From Bacteroidota bacterium (GTDB lineage Bacteria; Bacteroidota; Bacteroidia; J057; JAJTIE01), in the NCBI GenBank assembly GCA_019638695.1, contig JAHBTG010000001.1, forward strand, positions 84,123 through 148,122: a DNA stretch of 64,000 nucleotides, given 5' to 3'. Under the pieces are notes generated by a model that was given only the letters and a program-made list of their open reading frames with translations, had not been told where the DNA came from and did no database searches. A program made the position numbers and the translations under genes. Positions 30,559-40,487 of the stretch are shown piece by piece. Position 1 is the first letter of the stretch, and every line of letters starts with the position of its first letter.

Positions 30559-30626
30559 ATCCGTATTATATTTTATAGTTAATCACTCCAGAAAAATAAA
30601 CGGATGCGGCCTGAAAAACAAGCGGC

Positions 30627-32384
30627 TCAGGGCTGCAACCGGCGGTCCCATCTTGCCCGCAGGGAGTCTACGCGATATACCACAAAAAGGCTGTCCTGGG
30701 TAAACTCCGGCAGACCCAGGAACCGGGGCTGGTAGACGCGCGCTATCAGCACAAAATCCAGCGGGCGGTCCCGGGCCAGTTGCAACACCCGGCGGGTATC
30801 CAGCTGCGCATAGCCCTGGGAGTAAGCTTCCTGCCTGAGGAGGCTGTCGCCAAAAACGGCTATACGGCGGGCAGACTGCTCTGCCAGGCAATCGGGCCAC
30901 AGCTGTATGCTGGGCTCCAGGTAACTGCGCCGCCCGGTGATCAGGTAGATCTCTTTGGGAGATACCAGGCCATCAAACGTGAGAAAGACTGCGGTGGGCG
31001 GCGTATAACGCTGTGCCCAGTTATGAAAATGCTGATGCGGAAGATACTGTGCATAACGGGAGTCCATACGATGCGCTCGTATGCCCATCCACAGCGTAAA
31101 GGGCAAGGCCAGCGCCCATAATAAAAGATACGCCTGCCGTATACGCCGGTGAGTATGAAGCCTGCAGGCATAATAAGCCAGTACAGCCAATGCAGCAGCC
31201 AGCAGCGGCGCCACTCCGGAGTCTGTGAGCAGGGCAGTGGCACATACGGCGGCCAACGCCAGTAACACCCAGATCCACAGGTACTTGCCGGTGTGTCTTA
31301 CAGAGTCATCTGACGGCACAAAGAGGAAGGCAAGTCCGCTCCACACCGCTACCCACCAGCCCAGCTGAAACAAACGGGCAGGCTGGGCCACCACCGCCCA
31401 CCCCTGGGGATGCTGTGCAATGAAATACTGGGGTATGAACCAGGCCAGGAGGTAGACTGCCAGCAACGCAGCTGCACGCACAGCCAACATGCGCTTCTTC
31501 TTCACCCACAACAGCACGGCACACAAGGCTCCCAAACCCAGGAGGGCGCCGAAGCTCCATTGCCAGGAAATGCGGGGAAAGCTCACGGCATAACGTGCAG
31601 GCAGGCTCTGGAACTGATTGGCGGTGTAGGCCAGGTGTTCGGCCAGCTGAGCGCCGGAGAGATCTCCCTGCAGGGTGATGATATACTGCACAAAGAACAG
31701 CAGTGGTCCCAATACGCTCGTCAGCCACCACAGCCAGTGGCGCCAGGGAAGCTGCACATCCATAAGCAAATGGGCCAGGAGCCAGTAGAATGCAGACAAA
31801 GGGTGCATCCAGGCGGCGCCTATCCACAGTGCGCCCGGCACAAGTAACCGGCCGGTTTGCCGGGTATGAGGGGTCAGGTTCATAGCCAGCAGGGCCAGCA
31901 GGGCCGCCACCGTCTGGGCGCTGCCGCCCGGCAGGAACGGAGGCCAGTAAGCTATGGTGCAGAAATCCCGGAGGTCGGGCGCCAGCACCAGAACCACTGC
32001 CGTAAAAGCGGCCAGAAGGGAGGCAGGGCTGGTAAGCCGCAGGGCCACGACCAGCCACCGGAATAACAGGGCAGGCAGCAACCCGGCAGAAAGCGCGGCC
32101 AGTGCATAGACCACGGCATACCAGTCCCAGCCGCCAGCATCCGCTACGGCCTTAATCAATAGGGCAAAGGTGCGGCCAGGATACCCGTCTGCGGACAGGC
32201 AATCCAGGTGGGCATCTCCACTGGGCAAAGAACCCGTTTGCTGATACAGCACGGCAAATTCCATGGTGGGCACGTCCCACCACACACTGGAGCCCTGGCG
32301 AAAGAACACCCACAGGCCCAGCAACGCTACGAGCAGCCATAAACTACGGCGCAGATGAGGGTAATGCGGGGAAGAAGCTTCCAT
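30627..32384 (-). CDS. Large polytopic membrane protein of unknown function (possibly GT-C-like) with soluble C-terminal domain
   Basis: 585 aa with more than 10 hydrophobic helices, then an approximately 150-aa hydrophilic tail. No motif I can name with confidence. Confidence 0.65.
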   Translation of the reverse strand: MEASSPHYPHLRRSLWLLVALLGLWVFFRQGSSVWWDVPTMEFAVLYQQTGSLPSGDAHLDCLSADGYPGRTFALLIKAVADAGGWDWYAVVYALAALSAGLLPALLFRWLVVALRLTSPASLLAAFTAVVLVLAPDLRDFCTIAYWPPFLPGGSAQTVAALLALLAMNLTPHTRQTGRLLVPGALWIGAAWMHPLSAFYWLLAHLLMDVQLPWRHWLWWLTSVLGPLLFFVQYIITLQGDLSGAQLAEHLAYTANQFQSLPARYAVSFPRISWQWSFGALLGLGALCAVLLWVKKKRMLAVRAAALLAVYLLAWFIPQYFIAQHPQGWAVVAQPARLFQLGWWVAVWSGLAFLFVPSDDSVRHTGKYLWIWVLLALAAVCATALLTDSGVAPLLAAALAVLAYYACRLHTHRRIRQAYLLLWALALPFTLWMGIRAHRMDSRYAQYLPHQHFHNWAQRYTPPTAVFLTFDGLVSPKEIYLITGRRSYLEPSIQLWPDCLAEQSARRIAVFGDSLLRQEAYSQGYAQLDTRRVLQLARDRPLDFVLIARVYQPRFLGLPEFTQDSLFVVYRVDSLRARWDRRLQP

Positions 32385-32495
32385 AGAAAGGAATACAGTG
32401 CCTGCAAGTTACAGCCCGGCCGGGCTAAGGCGACTGTGAACGGGTTTTTTTGCGCAAAAAACCCAACTATGGGGGTTAGCTGCCATTTTTACAGG

Positions 32496-33995
32496 ATGGA
32501 AGTTGTCCTCCTCTGGTTTCGTGCAGACTTGCGGGTGCAGGACCACCCCGCCCTCTACCGGGCCTGTCAGCTGGGGTTGCCCGTATTGCCGGTATTTATC
32601 CTGGAGGACAGGTGGCGCAGCCGCAGCGAGGCGGGGGTCTCTCGCCTGGGGCCTTTCCGCGCACACTTCCTGGCCCGCAGCCTGGAGGCCCTGCAGGGGC
32701 AACTGGCCCAGCTGGGTCTTCCCTTGCTGATCCGGCAGGGAGAAGCGGTGGCGCAGCTCTCCCGCCTGCTGGATGAACTACCTGTAGCAGCTATTTACGC
32801 GCACACGGAGCCCGCCTGGGAAGAACAACAGCAGGAAAAAGCGCTGAAGCAGCTACTGGACGCCAGGGGCATTGCGCTGGATCTTTCGGACGGTAACAGC
32901 CTGTATAATGTGGAGGACATGCCCTATACCGCCGGGCAGGTACCGGAGTTATTCACCCACTTTCGCAAGAAGATCGAACCCAGCACACTGGTGCGCAGTC
33001 CTTTACCGGTGCCGTCCTTTGTACTGGCGCCGGAACAGATACCTGCCGGCTGTCCTTTGCCTGACGCTCAGGTCCTATGCGCCGAATATGTGCCGGAACG
33101 GCATATCCCGGAGCAAACCGGCGGCGAACCGGCGGCATTGGCATGGTTGCAGGAATATATCTGGGAAAGGCAGGCGGTCGCTACCTATAAAGATACCCGC
33201 AACGGGTTGATGGGCACCCATTTTAGCAGCCGGCTGAGCGAATGGCTGGCGCTGGGATGCCTGAGCCCCCGGTATGTATATGACCAGGTGCGGCGTTATG
33301 AACATGAGCGCCAGAAAAACGAATCTACCTACTGGCTGCAGATAGAACTGCTGTGGAGGGATTATTTTCGCCTGATGGCGCGCAAGCACGGCCGCCACCT
33401 GTTTGGTGCGGATGGCCTATCGCGTGTTCCCATAGCCTGGAAAGCAGATCCTCTGGCATTCCGGCAATGGTGCCAGGGGCTCACAGGATACCCTCTGGTA
33501 GATGCAGCCATGCGGCAACTGATGCAAACCGGGTGGATGAGCAACCGCGCACGGCAGGTAACCGGCAGCTTTCTCACCAAGAACCTGCAGGTAGACTGGC
33601 GCTGGGGCGCCCAATGGTTTGAGTACTGGCTCACAGACTACGCCCCCTCCAGTAATTATGGCAACTGGAACTATGTGGCAGGGGTAGGCAATGACGGGAG
33701 CGGTTTCCGTTTTTTCCATCCCGTCAAACAAGGGGAAACCTATGACCCCCAGGGCCTGTTTGTCAAGCATTTCCTGCCCGAACTGGAAGCCCTGCCGCCT
33801 GCATGGGTACACAGACCCTGGGAATTGCCCGGGAACCTGCAGCGCACACTCGGGTTTGCACCCGGTACCCGGTACCCGGCACCGGTAGTCGATATCCTCG
33901 AGTCTGCCCGGGAGGCAGAAGTTGCTTATAAAAAGGGACTTGTTGATGGGAATCACAAAAAATCGTATTCCCGCATTCGTAAATTTGTGAAATAG
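32496..33995 (+). CDS. Cryptochrome/photolyase family protein, Cry-DASH type
   Basis: MEVVLLWFRADLRVQDHPAL (photolyase N-terminus) and FAD-binding region TGYPLVDAAMRQLMQTGWMSNRARQVTGSFLTK...WGAQWFEYWLTDY. Start at ATG 32496 (alternative 32469); the ORF-track extension to 32355 was rejected. Confidence 0.9.
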   Translation: MEVVLLWFRADLRVQDHPALYRACQLGLPVLPVFILEDRWRSRSEAGVSRLGPFRAHFLARSLEALQGQLAQLGLPLLIRQGEAVAQLSRLLDELPVAAIYAHTEPAWEEQQQEKALKQLLDARGIALDLSDGNSLYNVEDMPYTAGQVPELFTHFRKKIEPSTLVRSPLPVPSFVLAPEQIPAGCPLPDAQVLCAEYVPERHIPEQTGGEPAALAWLQEYIWERQAVATYKDTRNGLMGTHFSSRLSEWLALGCLSPRYVYDQVRRYEHERQKNESTYWLQIELLWRDYFRLMARKHGRHLFGADGLSRVPIAWKADPLAFRQWCQGLTGYPLVDAAMRQLMQTGWMSNRARQVTGSFLTKNLQVDWRWGAQWFEYWLTDYAPSSNYGNWNYVAGVGNDGSGFRFFHPVKQGETYDPQGLFVKHFLPELEALPPAWVHRPWELPGNLQRTLGFAPGTRYPAPVVDILESAREAEVAYKKGLVDGNHKKSYSRIRKFVK

Positions 33996-34078
33996 ACAGA
34001 ATTTTATAGATATTTGCGGCAAAATCGGAATTATTCATCTCCTGCACCCGTTTTTGCTCCAAAGCACCCTTCTCCGTC

Positions 34079-34429
34079 ATGGCCATACATATCACTGAAG
34101 AATGCATTAACTGCGGAGCCTGCGAGCCGGAATGCCCGAACACCGCCATCTATGAAGCAGGCGCCAAATGGGCGTATGCCGACGGCACCCAGCTGACCGG
34201 CAGTATAGACTTTGGCGGAGGCATTATCATTGGGGCGGATGACCGGCTGGAACCCGTATCCCAGGAGGTCTATTACATCGTACCCAGCAAGTGTACAGAG
34301 TGCATGGGTTTTCATGAAGAACCGCAATGTGCGGCCGTATGCCCTGTAGATTGCTGCGTACCCGACCCTGAGCAGGTGGAGGACGAGCAGACCCTGCTGG
34401 CCAAGAAGGCCTGGATGCACAGCGAATAA
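34079..34429 (+). CDS. 4Fe-4S dicluster ferredoxin
   Basis: [12 protein letters not shown] and a second cluster motif [18 protein letters not shown]. Confidence 0.9.
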   Translation: MAIHITEECINCGACEPECPNTAIYEAGAKWAYADGTQLTGSIDFGGGIIIGADDRLEPVSQEVYYIVPSKCTECMGFHEEPQCAAVCPVDCCVPDPEQVEDEQTLLAKKAWMHSE

Positions 34430-34455
34430 GCCCGCCCGCCTCGTATCTTGCGGCC

Positions 34456-35220
34456 ATGCTCCGCCGCCTGTTTCGCACCCTTTTTAATGAGCGCCAGCGC
34501 AATGCGCTATACCACACCGCTTACCTGCTGCGGGGATGGTGGTACCGGGGTCACCGGTATGATTGCATATGCTGCGGGCACAGCTTCCGCAGGTTTCTGC
34601 CCTACGGACACACGCAAAGACCACTGGCGGCCTGCCCACGCTGCAACTCACTGGAACGCACCCGCCTGCTGTGGTATTACCTGAAGCAGGAAACCCCATT
34701 GTTTCAACACCCGTTACAGGTGCTGCATTTTGCCCCGGAACCCCGCCTGGAAACCCAACTGGCAAAAGTGCACACCAGCGGATATGTATCGGCCGACCTG
34801 AACCCGCACCTGGCCCGCACAGTGGTGGATATACAGGCCATTCCTTATCCGGACAATCATTTTGACTGGATACTCTGTTCCCATGTATTAGGCCATGTGC
34901 CGGACGAACCCCGGGCACTGCGGGAATTGTATCGTGTGCTTAAAAGTGGAGGGACAGCACTGCTGCTGACCCTGCAGGACCGCAACCGCGCCATCACCTT
35001 TGAGGATGCGGCGGTGCAGACCCCGGCCCAACGCCTGGCTGCCTACGGCGAACCGGATCTGATGCGCCTGCACGGACTGGACTTTCCGCAACGGATCGCT
35101 GCGGCGGGCTTCGTGGTAGAAGAGAGGGACTACCGTATGCACTTTACACCTGCCGCACAGGAAACGTTTCGCCTGGGAGATGGCACGCGTGAACGCATAT
35201 GGGTATGCCGCAAACCTTAA
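34456..35220 (+). CDS. Class I SAM-dependent methyltransferase with N-terminal Cys4 zinc-ribbon-like motif
   Basis: CICCGHSF...CPRCNS pair, then HFDWILCSHVLGHVPDEPRALRELYRVLKSGGTALL (Methyltransf_11-like). Confidence 0.75.
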   Translation: MLRRLFRTLFNERQRNALYHTAYLLRGWWYRGHRYDCICCGHSFRRFLPYGHTQRPLAACPRCNSLERTRLLWYYLKQETPLFQHPLQVLHFAPEPRLETQLAKVHTSGYVSADLNPHLARTVVDIQAIPYPDNHFDWILCSHVLGHVPDEPRALRELYRVLKSGGTALLLTLQDRNRAITFEDAAVQTPAQRLAAYGEPDLMRLHGLDFPQRIAAAGFVVEERDYRMHFTPAAQETFRLGDGTRERIWVCRKP

Positions 35221-35272
35221 GCTCCTAACCCGCTGGCCAGGCAAAGTTGCCGGTCTCGTGGGCAATCCGGGG

Positions 35273-35911
35273 TCAATCCCACAGGATCCTGACCGGGCGG
35301 CCCCGTAACCACTCCTCCACCTGGAACTGGCTCTCGGCCGAGAACACATTACCCCGCAGGTCCAGGCGCTGAAGGCTTTTGAGGTTCACCAGCTCGCGGG
35401 GCAACTCGCGGAGGTTATTGTTCTTAAGCACCAGGGTTTCCAGGTGCACCAGCGCGCCCAGCTCCATAGGCAATTCAGAGAGGTAGTTATCACTGAGGTC
35501 CAGCACCTTCAGACGCACGGCCATCCGCAGTTCCGGAGGGAGGCTGTCCAGCTCGCACCGCGGCGCACGAAGTTCTTCCAGGAAAGGCAGCTCCCAGGCC
35601 CACAGCGGCAGGCTGCCCAAAGGATTATCACTCAGGTTCAGGTACTTGAGACGCTGGCATTTGGCCAGGGAAGGGGGTAGTTCGCCCAACTGGTTATGCG
35701 CCACATTAAGGCGCTGCATAAAGATCAGTGTACCCAGCGCGCCGGGCAGTTCCTCCAGTTCCTTGTGTGAGAGATCCAGCGAAATAACCTGTGTAGGCAC
35801 CTGCCGGGCGGCCTGCCAGGTAGTGAAATGCCCGGTGCTGTCGGGTTTCTGGGCCCACAGACCGGCGCTATGCACAGACAAGATCAGCAGCACAACAAAA
35901 CGCAGCAGCAT
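35273..35911 (-). CDS. Secreted leucine-rich repeat (LRR) protein
   Basis: Signal peptide MLLRFVVLLILSVHSAGLWAQ and about 7 LxxLxLxxNxL repeats (LKYLNLSDNPLGSLP, LKVLDLSDNYLSELP, LETLVLKNNNLRELP...). Confidence 0.85.
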   Translation of the reverse strand: MLLRFVVLLILSVHSAGLWAQKPDSTGHFTTWQAARQVPTQVISLDLSHKELEELPGALGTLIFMQRLNVAHNQLGELPPSLAKCQRLKYLNLSDNPLGSLPLWAWELPFLEELRAPRCELDSLPPELRMAVRLKVLDLSDNYLSELPMELGALVHLETLVLKNNNLRELPRELVNLKSLQRLDLRGNVFSAESQFQVEEWLRGRPVRILWD

Positions 35912-35922
35912 AGAAGAGGGAG

Positions 35923-36387
35923 TTATTGGCGCACGCTACCGGTGGGGATACCGGGAGGGCCGGGTTTGATGCTGGGATCTGCAAACTCATAGCGCTGCCG
36001 CAGGTAGTCATCATAATGGTCGGCATAGTTGCCTATACGCAGGAGGATGGCCATCGCTTCGTCGGCATCCATATTATCCACCTCGCGGATGGCCTTGAGC
36101 CACACCCAATCGCCATACACACTGAAGCCTACCCCATAGAGGGCATCGTTAATCTGCAGCAGATCCCGAAAAAGGACCTCATGCCCGGTATCGGGAATAG
36201 CCATTACCGGGGAAACCACCTGGTAATAGCCCCGTTGCTCGCTCTCAAAGAAGTCTATCCACACGGAAGCGGAACCCTTGCTCAGGTTGTATTGGCCGGG
36301 ACGGTCTCCACGGCAATTATCGGGGTTGACACCAAGGCGGCGGATACACTCCTCCACCATGGCGTAATAAGGCTGAAAGTCGATCAT
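35923..36387 (-). CDS. YbjN-like domain protein (hypothetical)
   Basis: 154 aa of ordinary composition with YNLSKGSASVWIDFF...YYQVVSPV...LLQINDALYGVGFSV, reminiscent of the YbjN/T3SS-chaperone-like fold. The family call is tentative. Confidence 0.55.
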   Translation of the reverse strand: MIDFQPYYAMVEECIRRLGVNPDNCRGDRPGQYNLSKGSASVWIDFFESEQRGYYQVVSPVMAIPDTGHEVLFRDLLQINDALYGVGFSVYGDWVWLKAIREVDNMDADEAMAILLRIGNYADHYDDYLRQRYEFADPSIKPGPPGIPTGSVRQ

Positions 36388-36440
36388 GAAACGGGTGTTT
36401 GCACGAAGCTACAAACTTTCTGCCACATGCAAGCTTTGCT

Positions 36441-36448
36441 TACCTTTG
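36441..36448 (+). promoter_or_regulatory. Bacteroidota -7 box TAnnTTTG (TACCTTTG) upstream of the aminotransferase gene
   Basis: Exact consensus match, 35 nt before ATG 36484, in a divergent intergenic region. Confidence 0.35.
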
Positions 36449-36483
36449 CATCTAAAGCTGTTATCTCTCACTTTATCGCTCTC

Positions 36484-37716
36484 ATGCCCACCATTTCCCA
36501 GCGCGGCCAGCAGATGCCGGCCTCTCCCATACGCAAACTGGTTCCTTTTGCAGAAGCGGCCAAGGCACGCGGCACTAAGGTCTACCACCTGAACATCGGC
36601 CAGCCGGACCTCCCCACACCTGCACCCTTCTGGGATGCCGTGCGCCAGTTCTGCAATACTCCCGTACTGGAATACAGCCACAGTGCAGGCATCCTCAGCT
36701 ACCGCCAGGCATTGTGCGATTATTTCCTGCGCCGCCATAAGCTGTCGCTGACGCCCGACAATATCATCATCACCAACGGGGGGAGCGAAGCCGTACGCTT
36801 TGCCATGGCGGCCTGCCTCAACCCCGGAGACGAGGTAATCGTACCGGAACCCTTTTATGCCAATTACAATAGTTTTGCCATCGAAAGCGGCGTAAAGATT
36901 GTTCCGCTGACCACTTATGTCACAGAGAGCTTTGACCTGCCCCCGGTGGAGGCATTTGCCGCCTGCATCACGCCCCGCACCAAGGCAATCATTCTCTGCA
37001 ATCCCAGCAACCCCACCGGCAAGCTGTATAGCGATGCGGACCTGGCCAAGCTCCGCGAGATCGTCCTGAAGCATGATCTGTACCTGTTCTCGGACGAAGC
37101 TTACCAGGAATTTGCCTACGACGGCGAAACCTTCCGCTCTGCTCTCAGCCTGGAAGGGATGGAGCAGCATGTGGTGGTCATGGACACTGTGAGCAAGCGC
37201 TGGAGCGCCTGCGGCGCCCGCATCGGGGCGTTTATCACCCGCAATACAGAACTCTACAACGCCGCAATGAGGCTCGCCCAGGCGCGCCTGAGCCCCCCCA
37301 CGCTGGGGCAGATCGGCAGCCAGGCGCTGTGCATCCTGCCGGACAGCTACTACACCGAGGTGCAGGCCGAGTATGTGGCCCGCCGGGATACGGTTATCAA
37401 TGCTTTGCAACAGATCCCCGGCGTGATCTGTCCGCGCGTAAGCGGCGCCTTTTATGTGATGCCCAGCCTGCCCATAGACGACAGCGACCGCTTTTGCCAG
37501 TGGCTGCTGGAGGAGTTCTCCCATGAGGGCTATACCGTGATGATGGCGCCGGGCACCGGGTTCTACGCCACGCCTGGGCTGGGCAGGCAGGAGGTGCGCA
37601 TCGCCTATGTACTGGAACGCCAGCACCTGGCGCATGCCATGCAATGCCTGGCTGTGGCCCTGGAGCAATACCCCGGCCGTGTGGCGCCCCAGGCAACCGC
37701 CAAAGCCAATGCCTGA
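36484..37716 (+). CDS. Pyridoxal phosphate-dependent aminotransferase, class I/II
   Basis: Start at MPTISQRGQQMPASPIRKL (ATG 36484); HLNIGQPD; PLP-lysine motif SKRWSACGARIG. The ORF-track 5' extension (35926..) is antisense to the neighbouring gene and was rejected. Confidence 0.9.
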   Translation: MPTISQRGQQMPASPIRKLVPFAEAAKARGTKVYHLNIGQPDLPTPAPFWDAVRQFCNTPVLEYSHSAGILSYRQALCDYFLRRHKLSLTPDNIIITNGGSEAVRFAMAACLNPGDEVIVPEPFYANYNSFAIESGVKIVPLTTYVTESFDLPPVEAFAACITPRTKAIILCNPSNPTGKLYSDADLAKLREIVLKHDLYLFSDEAYQEFAYDGETFRSALSLEGMEQHVVVMDTVSKRWSACGARIGAFITRNTELYNAAMRLAQARLSPPTLGQIGSQALCILPDSYYTEVQAEYVARRDTVINALQQIPGVICPRVSGAFYVMPSLPIDDSDRFCQWLLEEFSHEGYTVMMAPGTGFYATPGLGRQEVRIAYVLERQHLAHAMQCLAVALEQYPGRVAPQATAKANA

Positions 37717-37764
37717 GCCGGCAACTTTTGGCCGTACACAGGTGTTTTTCCCTGATAGCTCCCC

Positions 37765-37790
37765 AGCTGCCGGAATAGCCGGCAGCTTTA
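37765..37790 (+). terminator. Hairpin downstream of the aminotransferase gene (candidate terminator/attenuator before hscA)
   Basis: AGCTGCCGG-AATAG-CCGGCAGCT is a perfect 9-bp stem, followed by only a weak TTTAT tail. Confidence 0.5.
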
Positions 37791-37820
37791 TCCCGTACCG
37801 TTGCGTACTTCTTTCAACAC

Positions 37821-39695
37821 ATGGCACGTATTGCAATTGACATATCCGGCGGCGATCTCAAACAGGAGAACGTCATTGTAGGCATAGACCTGGGCACTAC
37901 CAACAGCCTCATTGCCCGCATGGTAGACGGACAGGCCCAATGTATAGCCGACCACGGGAAGGAGGTAATCGTTCCTTCACTGATCCACTTTGCCCCCTCC
38001 GGGGAAGTGATCGTGGGCGAAGAAGCCCGCCCGCTGCTCACCCGGCAGCCGGAACGCACCGTATACAGCGCCAAGCGCCTGATGGGCAAAAGTTACCACG
38101 ATGTGCAGGCGCATACGCCTTATTTCAGCTATCGCATCCTGGATGACGGCACAGACAGCCTGGTGAAGGTGCAGATAGGCGGCCGGTATTACTCTCCCGT
38201 GGAGCTGTCTGCGCTTATCCTGAAAGAGCTCAAGGCTCGGGCCGAGCACCGGCTGAAGACCGAGGTACGCCAGGTGGTGATCACCGTGCCCGCTTATTTC
38301 AACGATGCGCAACGGCAAGCCACCCGGGATGCGGGTAAGCTGGCAGGACTGGACGTGCTGCGCATCGTTAATGAACCTACAGCCGCAGCGCTGGCTTACG
38401 GCATAGGTACACAGGCACAGGAATCACGCACGGTGACCGTCTATGACCTGGGGGGCGGCACTTTTGACGTGACCATTCTCCAGATCACAGACGGCATCTT
38501 TGAGGTACTGGCCACACATGGCGACACCTATCTGGGGGGGGATGACATAGACCGTGCCCTGTTACAGGAGTTTGCCCGTCAACTGGTGGTGGCGCCGGAC
38601 CAGATGGAGGCAACATTGATGCAAAACCTGCGCCTGCTGGCAGAGGAAGCCAAAAAGCACCTCACCAATCATGAGACCTTTGCACACACACTCCCCATGT
38701 CTGATGGCCGGCAGGTCCGGCTACAGGCAGACCGTACCCTGCTGAACACCCTGGCACAGCCTCTGGTAGACCGCACACTGGAAAGCTGCCGCCAGGCGCT
38801 GGCAGATGCCCAGTTGACACCGGCACAGATCGAGGAGGTGATCCTGGTGGGCGGCAGTACCCGCATGCCTTATGTACAGCAACAGGTGGCCGCTTTCTTT
38901 GGCCGCACGCCCAAATGCGATATCAACCCGGATGAGGTGGTGGCACTGGGCGCCGCAGTGCAGGCCGATATCCTGGCAGGCAACCGCAAGGACCTGCTGC
39001 TGCTGGACGTCACGCCCCTGAGCCTGGGTGTGGAAACCGCAGGTGGACTGATGGACGTGATCATCCCCCGCAACAGCAAGATCCCCACCGCACTGGCCAA
39101 ACAATACACCACCCAGCGCGACGGGCAGACAGGTATGCGCATTACGGTGTACCAGGGAGAACGGGAGCTGGTGGCAGAGAACCGCAAACTGGCCGAGTTT
39201 GAACTGAAAGGTATCCCGGCCATGCCTGCAGGCCTGCCCAAGGTGGAGATCCGCTTTCTGCTGGATGCCGACGGTATCCTGCGGGTCAGCGCCCGGGAAC
39301 TGCGCAGCGAGGTAGCCGCAGAGATCGAGGTAAAACCCCAATATGGGCTGACGGACAGCGAAGTGGAACAGATGCTCCTGGCCGGGTTTACCCACGCCAA
39401 AGCGGATGTGGAAACGCGCCTGCACATAGAAGCGCAGGAAGAAGCCCGCCAGCTGATCTACCAGGCGGAACGCTTCCTGGAAAAACATGCCAGTGCATTA
39501 ACCGAAACGGAACGTGCCCAGATGCAGGCAGAGGTGGATAAGTTGCGCCAGTTAGTGGACTCCGGGGCGGACAAGCAGTCGCTCCATGCCGCCATGGATG
39601 CACTGGACACCCTTAGCCGCCCTTTTGCCCAGCGGGTGATGGAAGATGCCCTGCGCCAGGCCATGGTGGGTAAGGGTGTGGGCGAGGTGGAGTAA
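37821..39695 (+). CDS. hscA: Hsp70-family chaperone, HscA-like
   Basis: [33 protein letters not shown] and [11 protein letters not shown] ATPase motifs. Substrate-binding domain [15 protein letters not shown]. The length and the lack of a C-terminal EEVD/G-rich tail fit HscA better than DnaK. Confidence 0.75.
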   Translation: MARIAIDISGGDLKQENVIVGIDLGTTNSLIARMVDGQAQCIADHGKEVIVPSLIHFAPSGEVIVGEEARPLLTRQPERTVYSAKRLMGKSYHDVQAHTPYFSYRILDDGTDSLVKVQIGGRYYSPVELSALILKELKARAEHRLKTEVRQVVITVPAYFNDAQRQATRDAGKLAGLDVLRIVNEPTAAALAYGIGTQAQESRTVTVYDLGGGTFDVTILQITDGIFEVLATHGDTYLGGDDIDRALLQEFARQLVVAPDQMEATLMQNLRLLAEEAKKHLTNHETFAHTLPMSDGRQVRLQADRTLLNTLAQPLVDRTLESCRQALADAQLTPAQIEEVILVGGSTRMPYVQQQVAAFFGRTPKCDINPDEVVALGAAVQADILAGNRKDLLLLDVTPLSLGVETAGGLMDVIIPRNSKIPTALAKQYTTQRDGQTGMRITVYQGERELVAENRKLAEFELKGIPAMPAGLPKVEIRFLLDADGILRVSARELRSEVAAEIEVKPQYGLTDSEVEQMLLAGFTHAKADVETRLHIEAQEEARQLIYQAERFLEKHASALTETERAQMQAEVDKLRQLVDSGADKQSLHAAMDALDTLSRPFAQRVMEDALRQAMVGKGVGEVE

Positions 39696-39703
39696 TCCGC
39701 TTC

Positions 39704-39711
39704 TATCTTTG
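39704..39711 (+). promoter_or_regulatory. Bacteroidota -7 box TAnnTTTG (TATCTTTG) upstream of rluA
   Basis: Exact consensus match, 17 nt before ATG 39729. Confidence 0.4.
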
Positions 39712-39728
39712 TACTGTAATATCTCCAC

Positions 39729-40412
39729 ATGCAATCCCCCGGCATACTCTATACCGACAATCACCTGCTGGTGGTAAACAAGCCTGCAGGCATGCCCAGC
39801 CAGGGCGACCCCAGCGGCGATCTGTGTGCATTTGACTGGGCCAAGGACTGGATCAAACACAGGCACCAGAAACCAGGGGAAGTGTACCTGGGCCTGCTGC
39901 ACAGGCTGGACCGCCCGGTAGCGGGGGTGATGGCTATGGCGCGCACCAGCAAGGCGGCAGCCCGGCTCAGCAAAGCTTTCCAGGGGAGGGAAGTCCGGAA
40001 AACGTACCTGGCTGTGGTGCACAAACGCCCCCCGCAGGAGGAGGGACAACTGGAACACTGGCTGAGCAAGCTACCGGGCAAAAATATCATGCGGGCCCAC
40101 AAGAAACCCGGCGGCAATGCGCAGCATGCGGTGCTTACCTACAAGATGCTCAAAACCCATCCCGGTGGTATCAGCCTGCTGGAAGTAAAACCCCTAACCG
40201 GCCGCCAGCACCAGATACGGGTGCAACTGGCGGCTATGGGATGCACCATCGTGGGGGATGTGAAATACGGCAAATCGGAGTTCCTGCCCGATGGCTCCAT
40301 AGCCCTGCTGGCCCGCAGCCTCACCTTACCTCATCCGGTGGGTGGTCAGCCCGTGACATTCACTGCTCCCTTGCCCTCACTGGAGGTGTGGCGGGGGTGG
40401 GGCATGGAGTAG
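39729..40412 (+). CDS. RluA-family pseudouridine synthase
   Basis: Catalytic motif LLHRLDRPVAGVMAMART and a conserved C-terminal HQIRVQLA motif. Confidence 0.9.
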   Translation: MQSPGILYTDNHLLVVNKPAGMPSQGDPSGDLCAFDWAKDWIKHRHQKPGEVYLGLLHRLDRPVAGVMAMARTSKAAARLSKAFQGREVRKTYLAVVHKRPPQEEGQLEHWLSKLPGKNIMRAHKKPGGNAQHAVLTYKMLKTHPGGISLLEVKPLTGRQHQIRVQLAAMGCTIVGDVKYGKSEFLPDGSIALLARSLTLPHPVGGQPVTFTAPLPSLEVWRGWGME

Positions 40413-40438
40413 TGCAAACACATCCCGATGAAAAATAG

Positions 40439-40464
40439 AAAGGCCCCACAGCATGGGGCCTTTT
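40439..40464. terminator. Bidirectional Rho-independent terminator between rluA and usp
   Basis: AAAGGCCCCA-CAGCA-TGGGGCCTTT is a perfect 10-bp stem followed by T on the plus side and TTTCTATTTTTC on the minus side. It sits between convergent genes. Confidence 0.8.
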
Positions 40465-40487
40465 GATAAGAAGATACGATTGCCCTA

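Noticed and set aside
31306-32058. 250-aa alternative-frame ORF inside the 585-aa membrane protein gene, with similar ORFs at 29931..30476 and 13625..14236.
   Set aside because: These are P/G/R/A-rich same-strand out-of-frame readings with no motifs, and the main frames encode coherent proteins.
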